From an uncultured Verrucomicrobiales bacterium (lineage in GTDB: Bacteria > Verrucomicrobiota > Verrucomicrobiia > Verrucomicrobiales > DEV007), in NCBI GenBank assembly GCA_938091905.1, contig CALKOM010000074.1:1-22133 (forward strand): 22,133 bases of DNA. Reading direction: 5' to 3'. This document shows, in pieces, positions 1 to 8,921 of the stretch (within the stretch, counting starts at the first letter, position 1; each line of letters begins with the position of its first letter). Below the pieces are notes generated by a model. It saw nothing but the letters and a program-made list of their open reading frames with translations. It ran no database searches and was not told where the DNA came from. The position numbers and the translations under genes were made by a program.

Positions 1-2
1 GT

Positions 3-1253
3 ACGCCCGCAACACTGTCTTGGAACTCTGGTGCCACCGATGTTCATGATGACAGTTTAGCGCAAAGTTTCATCGCCTTCGACATTAATTCTCACATTGA
101 TAAACTTCAATCCGGGGCGAACATGCTCGCGATTCATGGGCTGAATCGATTTCCAGGAAGTAGCGATGCCCTCTGGCTTGCCTCCTTGGTAGGGCAGAGC
201 AATGGCAATCAGCCATCAGCGACGGCGAGCATCTATTCCAGTGCGGTCCCGCTGGCGGGTGGCGTGGAGATCAACGCTCGTGTCTATGACGGCACGCAAT
301 GGAGCCCGCTGAGTAATGGCCTCTTTGCGGTCAATGGAGCCACTGCGTCCTCGGCTAACATCACGATTTCGGAACTCAATTATCGCCCAGCGTTGCCTAC
401 TGCTGCTGAAGTCGCTGAGGGGCATCTTACGAGGGGAGACTTTGAATACCTCGAGCTCCTCAATACCTCAGCGACGGATCATGTTTCTCTGGTCAACGCT
501 CACTTTAGCCGTGGTGTGACGTTCACCTTTGCCAACGACTTGGGCGCGGATGCGCTCGTGCTACCACCCGGTGGTCGTGCAGTCATCGTGGATGACGCGG
601 AGGCATTTAGATTCCGCTATGGACCTTCGGTCATCGTTGCCGGGACTTATGCGGGCTCGCTCAGCAACGACGGTGAGCGCGTCACGCTGCTTGCGTCGGA
701 TGGCTCTGTCATCCAGGATTTCACTTACAATGACGTCGAGCCGTGGCCTGTCGCGGCAGATGGCGACGGTTATGCTCTTGTGTTAGCCGAGCCACTGTCT
801 ACTCCGGTTCTGTCAGATCCGAGTAGCTGGCGCTCCAGTGTATCGGTTGGTGGTACCCCTGGCGGTGATGACACCGTTCCATTCACAGGAGTTGCCGGAA
901 ACGACCTCGATGCAGATGGCAATCAGGCACTCATCGAATACGCGATGGGAGCTAGCGATGACGATGGAGGCTCGCAGCGCCTTCCGAGCGTTCGTTTAGA
1001 ACTCATGGATGTGGATGGCGTGGTTGATGAGTATGTCGTCTTCGAGTTCACCAAGAACTTGGCAGCCGTCGGTCTGACGTTTAGTATTGAATCGTCGACA
1101 GGTGTCATTGCCTGGACGAATGTGAGTGAGGACTTCCTCTACCTTTCAACGACGAATAATGGGGATGGAACGTCTACGGTGAGCTATTGCTCGGTTGCTC
1201 CGTTTCCGTCGGAAGGTGTGCGCGGGATCTATCGGCTGCACGTCACGCAATAG
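3..1253 (+). CDS. Lamin-tail-domain (LTD) surface/secreted protein, 5'-partial; CotH/LTD-type PVC protein
   Basis: The frame is open from position 3 (TPATLSWNSGATDVHDD...NMLAIHGLN), so the gene starts upstream of the window. LTD motifs are ITISELNYRP, FEYLELLN, F.RGVTFTF, L.PGGRAVIV and G.LSNDGERVTL...FTYND..PWP..ADGDGYAL. The C-terminus has DLDADG...IEYAMG and ends ...YRLHV, as typical of verrucomicrobial exported proteins. Confidence 0.8.
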   Translation, partial: TPATLSWNSGATDVHDDSLAQSFIAFDINSHIDKLQSGANMLAIHGLNRFPGSSDALWLASLVGQSNGNQPSATASIYSSAVPLAGGVEINARVYDGTQWSPLSNGLFAVNGATASSANITISELNYRPALPTAAEVAEGHLTRGDFEYLELLNTSATDHVSLVNAHFSRGVTFTFANDLGADALVLPPGGRAVIVDDAEAFRFRYGPSVIVAGTYAGSLSNDGERVTLLASDGSVIQDFTYNDVEPWPVAADGDGYALVLAEPLSTPVLSDPSSWRSSVSVGGTPGGDDTVPFTGVAGNDLDADGNQALIEYAMGASDDDGGSQRLPSVRLELMDVDGVVDEYVVFEFTKNLAAVGLTFSIESSTGVIAWTNVSEDFLYLSTTNNGDGTSTVSYCSVAPFPSEGVRGIYRLHVTQ

Positions 1254-1493
1254 GCCTTATTGGCTCACTTGCCATCATCGACACAGGTTGAAGTAGACAT
1301 TGGCCACTGATGTTTTAGCCTCGGCACAATATGCGTTTCATCGCAACATTCACCATCTCGTGATCCCGATCATCTGTTCGGTGGTCTTCTCTGTTTGAGT
1401 AGGCCGTTCTGGGCGTTTATCGCCCAAGCTGGATCTTTAATTCTCTACTGAGATCTGATGACGGACTGTTGTGTCCTGGTCTTGGTAGGTTCT

Positions 1494-1498
1494 AGGAG
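1494..1498 (+). promoter_or_regulatory. Shine-Dalgarno site for the ATG at 1509
   Basis: AGGAG lies 10 nt upstream of ATG 1509. The ATG at 1798 has no comparable SD. Confidence 0.55.
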
Positions 1499-1508
1499 TG
1501 TTGTGAGA

Positions 1509-1841
1509 ATGCGAACTTATGGAAATGGGCGTCTAGCGTCCGAGGAGGCCTGTCACTTGGTCTCTGCAATTATCGAGGGCCGTGCTGTGCTCGGGCCTAA
1601 ACCTGCGCGTAGCCAGGTCTTTGCTTATTATTGTCATCAATTGGAGCGTAGCTTTCGACAGACACGTGGAGCATCGCCCCACTGTCGTGCGGAGACGACG
1701 CTGTTCTGTGCTGTCGTTCGAGGAACATGGCTCTTGGAGCAAGTGCCGCATCGTTCTCGTAAGCTGGTATTGTTTCTACTGAGACTCTGCCGCTTTCATG
1801 AGCAGTGGGTTCGAAGTCCCGAATACTCCTGGGGACTTTGA
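1509..1841 (+). CDS. N-terminal segment of the PcfJ-like protein (frame 1 of a split gene)
   Basis: SD-preceded 110-codon ORF ending ...LLRLCRFHEQWVRSPEYSWGL*. The W.R.PE..W motif normally lies just before SL.RHLF..F..P...DSVWF in PcfJ-like proteins, and here that second motif is in the +1 frame. Confidence 0.6.
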   Translation: MRTYGNGRLASEEACHLVSAIIEGRAVLGPKPARSQVFAYYCHQLERSFRQTRGASPHCRAETTLFCAVVRGTWLLEQVPHRSRKLVLFLLRLCRFHEQWVRSPEYSWGL

Positions 1842-2796
1842 TCAGTTTCAAGCAGTGGATGCCGTGGTGCTACTCCGTTCACTGATTCGCCATCTCTTTG
1901 TGCGTTTTGAAATGCCTCAATACTGGGATTCTGTATGGTTCCAAGAGGGGGATATCGACTACGCTCAGATGGAATGGTTCGTCCATGTCGCCAGTGGACA
2001 GAGCCTGCAGAAGGCCAGGGGACTGCCATTGGTATTCACAAAGCAGGCCACTCATGAAACGGGTCAGGCTCCGGGTGGACTCACCTTGTTCGAGGCCATG
2101 CGTTGGGGGCAGTTGCGAGCCATGGGGGCTGGTCGCGAGTTGTGTCGACAAATTCTCCATACTCCGGCTGCTGGGGATTTCAACAATGACGCTTCGCTCT
2201 GTCTGCCGCTCTTCCGCCTGATGATTCGAGATGCGGAGTGTCACGCACAAGTGGCGGGAGCTCTTGTCGAGTATGTAGGCCTGAGACGATTGGGCCAACC
2301 AGATGGCGAGCGGTATCGATTTCAGCGTAAGACGATGCGTGCCCTGAGACGAGAGATAGCCAACTTCTATCGAGCCTATCCGCACGCGACATGGGAACGT
2401 CGAGTTCAGGTCGTGGAGACCGTTCGCCCACGCACTAGAAAGCAGCGGATCTATAACTGGCCAGCCATGTCCACGGTCGACAGCTTTGACCAGGTAGATT
2501 CAGGTTCAGTGTGGTGGAGATTGTTCGAGCTGCGTCGATCTCACCTGTTGGAAAGCGAGGGACGGCATCTTGGCCACTGTGTGGGATCTTACATCGGAGC
2601 GTGCCTCGACGGACACTCAAGTATTTGGTCGTTGCGCTCGTTTCGCGGAGAGGCCCAACGTTGGGAAGCCATGATCGATGTGCATCCTAACATGAGAGCA
2701 ATCGTCGAAGTGAGAGGGTATGGAAATAGCAAGCCTTCGCCGGATGCTTTGGAGATAGTGAGAGCATGGGCAAAACGGAACCGGTTAACATTCTAG
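1798..2796 (+). CDS. PcfJ-like domain protein (main segment, frame 2 of a split gene)
   Basis: SLIRHLFVRFEMPQYWDSVWF, WFVHVASGQSL, AMRWGQLRAMG, and the PcfJ-domain signature L.SEGRHLGHCVGSY...C..G.SSIWSLR...IVEVRGYGN.KP.....IVRAWA. Confidence 0.75.
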   Translation: MSSGFEVPNTPGDFDQFQAVDAVVLLRSLIRHLFVRFEMPQYWDSVWFQEGDIDYAQMEWFVHVASGQSLQKARGLPLVFTKQATHETGQAPGGLTLFEAMRWGQLRAMGAGRELCRQILHTPAAGDFNNDASLCLPLFRLMIRDAECHAQVAGALVEYVGLRRLGQPDGERYRFQRKTMRALRREIANFYRAYPHATWERRVQVVETVRPRTRKQRIYNWPAMSTVDSFDQVDSGSVWWRLFELRRSHLLESEGRHLGHCVGSYIGACLDGHSSIWSLRSFRGEAQRWEAMIDVHPNMRAIVEVRGYGNSKPSPDALEIVRAWAKRNRLTF

Positions 2797-3861
2797 TTAG
2801 AGTCTCAAATAGAGATTGCGTCTATTGCACCAACGAACCATGACGAGCGAGATCCAGCAACCTAACAACATGAATAAGACCGCGTACCAGAGAGGCGCGT
2901 CTTTGGGGCCGAAACGTTCAAAGGCGTTGAGCGTGATCATGTGGATAACGTAGGCGGCGAAAGCATTGGCGCCGATATCGGTAAACAGCGATAACGTGCG
3001 CCCACGCATATCACAGCACCAGACGAACACGACATAAAGAGCTAGAGAGAAGCCTGCAGCAAAGGTGAGGTAGGAAACGCTTCCTGCCCGTTGGCTCATG
3101 GTCCACAGGTCGACCTCGGTGTTCGGTGGAAAGAACGGTGGAGCTGCGAGTTGCCCTCCTTGGCTCAAACAAGAGATGGCGTAACCGACTACCATTAAGA
3201 CTGTGCCCCAGATGGCCATCGGCTTGAGGGAATCAGATGTCGAGCGTTGGATCCAATCATAGGCGAAAGAACCTGCTAACGTAGGGACGGCCCAGCTGAG
3301 AAAGCCTAACAAACCGCCGTCGATGACGCGCCACGTCTGCAGCGTGTCATACCAGAAGAGGTGGGAGACAACGACATGGAGGATCGCCGACCCAAGGAGA
3401 AACAAGATTCGGGTGCGAATACTCCGCGTGATGACTGGCAAGACCCAAAGACTGGTGACACCAATGTGTGTCAGTGCCTGAAACGAGCTGCGCCTGAAGC
3501 TCTCGGAGAAGAAGCCTTGCACCCCAAGTTCCTTGAGTTCCGACCAAGCCCTATAGTTTCCGTCGAGCTGGTAGAAGAAGATGCCAAAGATGAACAGGCT
3601 GATTCCTCGTTTCAGTCCTCGTTTGTAGGCAGCGGCAGCGCCGTGTCGCTCAATTTCTTTGAGGAGCACAAGCCGAAGGGCGAATCCCACTGCAAAGAAG
3701 AAGTGCGGCATCACAATATCGGCATAACTGCAGTACGTATTGTGGTGCCGGAGGATAGCGGGGACACTGGCGAAGCCGCCGAGGAAATTCACCACGAACA
3801 TCGCGGCCACCGTGTAGCCACGGAATTGATCTAACGATTGGATACGTTGCTTGGACTCCAT
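2797..3861 (-). CDS. HGSNAT-like / DUF5009 multi-pass membrane acyltransferase
   Basis: N-terminal RIQSLDQFRGYTVAAMFVVN and ADIVMPHFFFAVGFAL match the heparan-alpha-glucosaminide N-acetyltransferase-like family, and the protein has many hydrophobic helices. Start set at ATG 3861 (MESKQRI) because the longer ORF overlaps the upstream gene. Confidence 0.75.
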   Translation of the reverse strand: MESKQRIQSLDQFRGYTVAAMFVVNFLGGFASVPAILRHHNTYCSYADIVMPHFFFAVGFALRLVLLKEIERHGAAAAYKRGLKRGISLFIFGIFFYQLDGNYRAWSELKELGVQGFFSESFRRSSFQALTHIGVTSLWVLPVITRSIRTRILFLLGSAILHVVVSHLFWYDTLQTWRVIDGGLLGFLSWAVPTLAGSFAYDWIQRSTSDSLKPMAIWGTVLMVVGYAISCLSQGGQLAAPPFFPPNTEVDLWTMSQRAGSVSYLTFAAGFSLALYVVFVWCCDMRGRTLSLFTDIGANAFAAYVIHMITLNAFERFGPKDAPLWYAVLFMLLGCWISLVMVRWCNRRNLYLRL

Positions 3862-3916
3862 TTCCCAGGGTGCTATGCGACCCGTGAAAAGGTCAAGTTC
3901 CCTAAGAGGCAGAGGG

Positions 3917-4810
3917 TCAAAGTAACACTTCCAAGGCACCTGGCAAGATGCGGACCGAGAAACTGCCGGACCCAATGAGTTCTCCGTCCACGTTTATCGG
4001 TAGCGAGGCGTCTGTCGTGAGTGTGAGCGAAGACACCTGTTGGTAATGGATACCAGGGGCCCCAAGATGCTTGCCTTTGCCCAGCTTGGCGAACATGCGC
4101 AACATATCCAGTCGAGTTGCTTTCTTCAGATAGAGGAGGTCCAACTTCCCATCGTCCAACACTGCTTTGGGTGCTAGCATCATCCCTTCGCCCGTGTGAA
4201 TCGTGTTGCAAGCAGCGAGCAAGATGAACTCATCTTCAATCGTTTCGCCGTCTACCTCAAGCGTGGCGGGATATCTCCGGTTGATAAACAGATGGGCCAA
4301 AGCGGCGACATCGTAGCGGCGACGCCCCAACCAGCGCATGGATTCAGCCAGTTGATTGGCAGAGGACATGAGCCCCCATCCGACGACATTGAACCCGTAG
4401 CGCGTTGTTCCGCCAATCGTGACTTCAAACAGGTCAACGAATCTCGAGGTCTGTCCTATCATGCGTGACAACACCTCTGCAGGGTCAAGACAGCTGAGAT
4501 CTTGAAGGAACGAGTTGCCAGTGCCGCCTGGCAAGAGTGTCAGAAAAACGCGGGACTCAGCGTTGCGATTCATCAGTCCGTTGACCAATTCATGCATGGT
4601 GCCATCTCCCCCGACGCCGCAGATGGCATCGCCCTCGCGGCATTCAAGTTGTTCCACGATTTCGCGAGCGTGGCCAGCGTGCTCGGTGAAGAGAACACGA
4701 GTCTCGATTGCATGGTCCTGCAGAAAGGTCTTCGCCTTCGCCGCTAGCGAAGCGTTGTTGCCCACGCCACCTTTGGGATTGGCAATGAGAATGACTCTGC
4801 GTAGATTCAT
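3917..4810 (-). CDS. Diacylglycerol/sphingosine kinase family lipid kinase (YegS/DgkB-like)
   Basis: IANPKGG, TEHAGHA, GVGGDGTMHELVNGL, LPGGTGNSF, PKAVLDDGKLD and NVDGE are the canonical DAGKc motifs. Confidence 0.92.
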   Translation of the reverse strand: MNLRRVILIANPKGGVGNNASLAAKAKTFLQDHAIETRVLFTEHAGHAREIVEQLECREGDAICGVGGDGTMHELVNGLMNRNAESRVFLTLLPGGTGNSFLQDLSCLDPAEVLSRMIGQTSRFVDLFEVTIGGTTRYGFNVVGWGLMSSANQLAESMRWLGRRRYDVAALAHLFINRRYPATLEVDGETIEDEFILLAACNTIHTGEGMMLAPKAVLDDGKLDLLYLKKATRLDMLRMFAKLGKGKHLGAPGIHYQQVSSLTLTTDASLPINVDGELIGSGSFSVRILPGALEVLL

Positions 4811-4947
4811 AAGGACCCAAATGAGTGTGGGAAGTCAGCCTGGGAAGGTAAAGAATAACGTTATTCCCCGACGCTTGTAGTAATCTAGTGCACGAGCGAG
4901 GACATCGATATAACCTATCCAGAGTCTGTCAGTAAGGCGACCGGTTC

Positions 4948-6018
4948 CTAAGGGCGCTTGAGATCTCTCGTAATGGCGGGTCCAGAGGAGCGATTCTCAT
5001 CATCGAGGGTAGCCATTTCACTAGCAATGGCGATCTTCGCCAGGTAGATGGCCGTCTTGTCACCATGGCTGCTGTAGTAACTCATCCAGAGTAAATTGTC
5101 GTGCCAGATGAGGCCTGCATAGCTGGAATCGCCTTTGCTAGGTAGTCTGAGTTTGGCTTCGTAGTGACCGTTGTCAGGATCGATAAGGCCAAGTTCAGTC
5201 CACTGCTCGCTGCCGTATCGCCGCGCAGCAGTGAGCAAGCGACCACTAGGTAGGCGGATCATGGCCGGCCCACCTAGCCTATGTCCGAGCTTTCGCCATT
5301 CCCAATCCTGGTAGGGTGGCTGGGCGGTGCCAAACAAAGCGTCGGATGAACTTGGGCGATCACTGTTGTCTCTCCTCAGGAGAAGGTGGGCCGTCCCATC
5401 TGGCATAAAGACGGTAGCATGTTCGTTGGCGCGATCATTTGGTGGTCGCAGGTGATCCACGAGCACCTTGTAGGTAATGCCATCAGTGGTTGTGTAGAGA
5501 CGCGTGGAATCACGGGTGCCCCACTTGTATCCCAATGCATAGCCAATCGCGTCTTGCCATGCGGTTTGCCAGAGCCAATAGCCTTTATCCGCCACTCTTT
5601 GTGGGCCTTCCCACGTAACGCCATCCTTTGAGAGGTAGGTGACAGACTGATTGTTTCGATTTACCGAGTCATCGTGATCCACATCATACTCGCATGAGTT
5701 CAAGAGCAGTTGACCATCCGGCGTGATCGAGAGTTTGGCATCACGCAAATCAAGTCCAGGCGACTCTAGCAAGGCCTTGGATTCCCAAGTCGTGCCATCG
5801 TTTGATGAAATGACGCGAATCTTGCCATGATCACCGCTGGCCACATGCCCACTACCTTCGCGAAAGGCGCAAAACCACCGTCCGTGAAAACGCTCGAGAT
5901 CCGTAAATGCATTGTGCGGCGCCGCGTCCCAGATCCGTTCTAGGCTAATCTGACGGAACTCTTCTTCGGCCATGGCCGACGCGGCCATAGTGAACATGAG
6001 AAGAATGTGTATACGCAT
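4948..6018 (-). CDS. Secreted sialidase-like (BNR/Asp-box) beta-propeller protein
   Basis: Signal peptide MRIHILLMFTMAASAMA|EE. HNAFTDL..F.G.WFCAFREG..H, Asp-boxes SSNDGTTW, LSKDGVTW and TTTDGITY, DLRDAKL, and C-terminal GDSSYAGL...SYYSSH. True substrate unknown. Confidence 0.75.
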   Translation of the reverse strand: MRIHILLMFTMAASAMAEEEFRQISLERIWDAAPHNAFTDLERFHGRWFCAFREGSGHVASGDHGKIRVISSNDGTTWESKALLESPGLDLRDAKLSITPDGQLLLNSCEYDVDHDDSVNRNNQSVTYLSKDGVTWEGPQRVADKGYWLWQTAWQDAIGYALGYKWGTRDSTRLYTTTDGITYKVLVDHLRPPNDRANEHATVFMPDGTAHLLLRRDNSDRPSSSDALFGTAQPPYQDWEWRKLGHRLGGPAMIRLPSGRLLTAARRYGSEQWTELGLIDPDNGHYEAKLRLPSKGDSSYAGLIWHDNLLWMSYYSSHGDKTAIYLAKIAIASEMATLDDENRSSGPAITRDLKRP

Positions 6019-6390
6019 CAGCACTAGACTAGAAACTGCCCAGCGGAGAATCAAACAGAATATAAGATGCTAAAATTTCCTCAATCTCGTTCGAAAGATG
6101 AGGATAAGAGCTGCCCGATCGTCTTCGATGGGGAGGATCTGGAAATGGACGCTGCATGGAAGGCACGGAATGAGTTCTATCCCCCGAAATTTGAAATGCG
6201 TAAGACTCGGCGGGGTCCTGTGGCTACAGTGTCTATCATACGCACAAGTAGCGTGAATCGAGAGAGGAAAGCTTGATCAAGGCACTCTCTCTTCTGGTCG
6301 GAATGCCACGAGGAGGTAGGTTCGTTCAGAATAGCATTGAAGGCTGAAGGGAAACGGATAGAACGGACTGATTATTTGTTACCTCGATTC

Positions 6391-7386
6391 ATGAAAACCC
6401 TGATTCTCGCCCTTTTCACGTTCTCCCTCGCCATGCTGTTCTGCGGCTGTGGTGGATCTTCTAAGTCCTCTTCTGGCAAGTACCGTATTGCGGTGGTTCC
6501 AAAGGCATCGAATCATATGTTTTGGAAGACGATTCACGCAGGAACAATCAAGGCGGCGCAGGAGGAAGATGTGGAGATTCTTTGGAAGGGGCCGTTGATC
6601 GAGAGCGATCGCGAAGGTCAGATTAAGGTGGTGGAGAACTTTGTTACCCAGCAGGTCGATGCGCTCGCTCTTGCACCGTTGGATGATCAGGCGATGATTC
6701 GCCCGGTTAAGGAAGCCTCCCAGGACGGCATCAAGGTGGTGATCTGGGATTCGGGCCTCGATCAGAGCGCCGAGCCGTTCTTCGACAGCTTTGTCGCAAC
6801 CGACAACTTTGCCGCTGGCGAAAAGTGCGGTAAGAAGCTCGCGGAATTATTAGGTGGTGAAGGCAACGTGGTGCTGCTGCGGCACATGGTAGGATCGGCG
6901 AGCACCCGCAAGCGCGAAGAAGGATTCTTGAAAGGCCTCAACGAGGCTGGCCCAAACATCGCGTTGATTTCCGATGACAAGTATGGCGGTGCCACCATGG
7001 AAGAAGCGCTCGAAGTGTCTAATAATTTGCTCAATCAATTTGGTAGTGCCGCTGACGGAATCTTCACACCAAACGAATCCACCACCGAAGCCATGATGAA
7101 TGCTCTTGAGACCGCGGGCCTCGCTGGAAAGGTGAAGTTCGTTGGCTTTGATAACAATGACACGCTAGTGTCGGGGATCGAAAGCAAGGTGATCGATGCG
7201 CTGGCCTTGCAGGATCCATTCAACATGGGATACCTCGCTGTGAAACATGCCGTCGCACACCTTAAGGGAGAAACAGTCGACAAAGTGGTGGATACAGGGT
7301 CGTTGATCCTTACCCTCGACAATCTCCAGGACGCACGTAGTCAAGAACTGGTATCGCCAGACGTCGACAAGTGGTTGAAGGAGTAG
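6391..7386 (+). CDS. Sugar ABC transporter substrate-binding lipoprotein (RbsB-like)
   Basis: Lipoprotein-type signal ending FCGC, plus IAVVPK...FWKTIHAG, VATDNFAAG, VKFVGFD and QDPFNMGY: periplasmic binding protein type I. Confidence 0.92.
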   Translation: MKTLILALFTFSLAMLFCGCGGSSKSSSGKYRIAVVPKASNHMFWKTIHAGTIKAAQEEDVEILWKGPLIESDREGQIKVVENFVTQQVDALALAPLDDQAMIRPVKEASQDGIKVVIWDSGLDQSAEPFFDSFVATDNFAAGEKCGKKLAELLGGEGNVVLLRHMVGSASTRKREEGFLKGLNEAGPNIALISDDKYGGATMEEALEVSNNLLNQFGSAADGIFTPNESTTEAMMNALETAGLAGKVKFVGFDNNDTLVSGIESKVIDALALQDPFNMGYLAVKHAVAHLKGETVDKVVDTGSLILTLDNLQDARSQELVSPDVDKWLKE

Positions 7387-7391
7387 CAACC

Positions 7392-8909
7392 TTGCCGCAG
7401 CCACGTCCACTGCTGCGCCTTAAGGCGATAGCCAAGGCATTTGGCCCGGTGAAGGCCTTGCGTGGTGTGTCGCTCGATGTTTTCCCTGGACAGGTTCATG
7501 CGCTGATTGGCGAGAACGGGGCAGGCAAGAGCACATTGATGAAAGTGCTGAGTGGTGCTCACGATCCAGACGTCGGTACCGTCGAATTGGACGGGCAACC
7601 GTTAGTGCTCGCCAATCCCTCGTCGGCTCGGCAAGCTGGGATAGCGATGATCTACCAGGAACTGACCCTCGCGCCTCACTTGACCGTTGAAGAGAACATC
7701 ACACTCGGTCTCGAGCGTTCTCGATTCGGCTTGGTGCAATCGCAATCAGGAAAGGTGGCCGAAGCCTTGGACTTGCTCGGTCGTGAAGACATTGCTCCCG
7801 GCCAGAAGGTGCAATCCCTGACCATCGCGCGGCAACAGGTGGTAGAGATTGCCCGGGCGATTGTTAGCGATGCTCGCATTGTCATCATGGACGAACCGAC
7901 AAGTTCACTTTCCGAAGAGGACAAACAGGCCTTGTTTCGCGTGATCCGAAATCTTCGCGAGAAGGGCATGGCGGTGATCTACATCAGTCACTTTCTCGAT
8001 GAAATCGATGAAATCGCCGATCGCTACACAGTACTTCGCGACGGCGAATCGGTGGGTGAAGGCATGGTGGCGGAGTCGACCATCGAATCGTTGGTTGAAC
8101 AAATGATAGGAAGAAAGCTGAAGGACATGTATCCGCGTCCAAGTCATGAGTTAGGCAAGGTGGTTGCCACAGCGCGGGACATCGGTGGCCGACCCTTGCC
8201 GCAAGGTGTGGGTTTCGAGCTTCGTGAGGGTGAAATCCTTGGAGTTTTCGGACTCGTCGGCGCCGGACGCACGGAACTTGCCCGTTGTCTCTTCGGACTG
8301 GATGAGGTGCAAGCGGGTACGCTTGAATTGCGCGGTGACGCTCCCTTGAATCTTAGCGACATTCATCCTGTCCAGGCTCTCCGCTGTAGCCTTGACTATC
8401 TTAGCGAGAATCGTAAGGACGAAGGTCTCGCGCAGAATCTAAGTATTCGGGATAACATCACGCTTTCAGCGATTCGCAAAACCTCCCGATGTGGATTTCT
8501 CAAGTTACGCGAAGAGGACGGCACGGCTGCCAAGTGGGTCGATAAACTCGGAGTGCGCTGTTCGAGTGCAGGACAACCGGTGCGGGCGTTGTCTGGTGGT
8601 AACCAACAGAAGGTCGCCATTGCGCGCATGCTCCACCACGACAGCCAGATCCTGATCATGGACGAACCCACGCGCGGAATCGATGTCGGAAGCAAGCACG
8701 AAATTTACGAGTTGATTCACGATCTCGCTGCTCAAGGTAAGAGTATTTTGGTCATCAGCTCGTATCTTCCGGAACTCACTGGCATCTGCCATACACTAGC
8801 AGTTATGCATCGGGGGGCGCTTAGCGAGGTGCGGGCTGTCGATACTTGGAGCGACCGGGAGGTCATCCGGTTTGCCACCACCGGTAAGACCACTGGTTCT
8901 GCTGCTTAA
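7392..8909 (+). CDS. Sugar ABC transporter ATP-binding protein (RbsA/MglA-like, two NBDs)
   Basis: GENGAGKST, MDEPT, second NBD GLVGAGRTE, LSGGNQQKV and MDEPTRGIDVG. The start is uncertain (TTG 7392 preferred; GTG 7371 overlaps the upstream gene). Confidence 0.95.
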   Translation: MPQPRPLLRLKAIAKAFGPVKALRGVSLDVFPGQVHALIGENGAGKSTLMKVLSGAHDPDVGTVELDGQPLVLANPSSARQAGIAMIYQELTLAPHLTVEENITLGLERSRFGLVQSQSGKVAEALDLLGREDIAPGQKVQSLTIARQQVVEIARAIVSDARIVIMDEPTSSLSEEDKQALFRVIRNLREKGMAVIYISHFLDEIDEIADRYTVLRDGESVGEGMVAESTIESLVEQMIGRKLKDMYPRPSHELGKVVATARDIGGRPLPQGVGFELREGEILGVFGLVGAGRTELARCLFGLDEVQAGTLELRGDAPLNLSDIHPVQALRCSLDYLSENRKDEGLAQNLSIRDNITLSAIRKTSRCGFLKLREEDGTAAKWVDKLGVRCSSAGQPVRALSGGNQQKVAIARMLHHDSQILIMDEPTRGIDVGSKHEIYELIHDLAAQGKSILVISSYLPELTGICHTLAVMHRGALSEVRAVDTWSDREVIRFATTGKTTGSAA

Positions 8910-8921
8910 CATAAATTTACG

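Noticed and set aside
1410..1426. TGGGCG-TTTAT-CGCCCA hairpin as a terminator
   Set aside because: Only a 6-bp stem, no adjacent U-tract, and about 155 nt from the upstream stop.
1455..1480. Hammerhead-like CTGATGA followed by a GGAC/GTCC stem
   Set aside because: The required GAAA after stem II and the other stems are absent.
3862..3975. N-terminal extension of the acyltransferase ORF
   Set aside because: It overlaps the kinase gene, and family similarity starts at MESKQRIQSLD.
6067..6276. 69 aa ORF in the divergent promoter region
   Set aside because: No SD and no recognisable motif; probably spurious.
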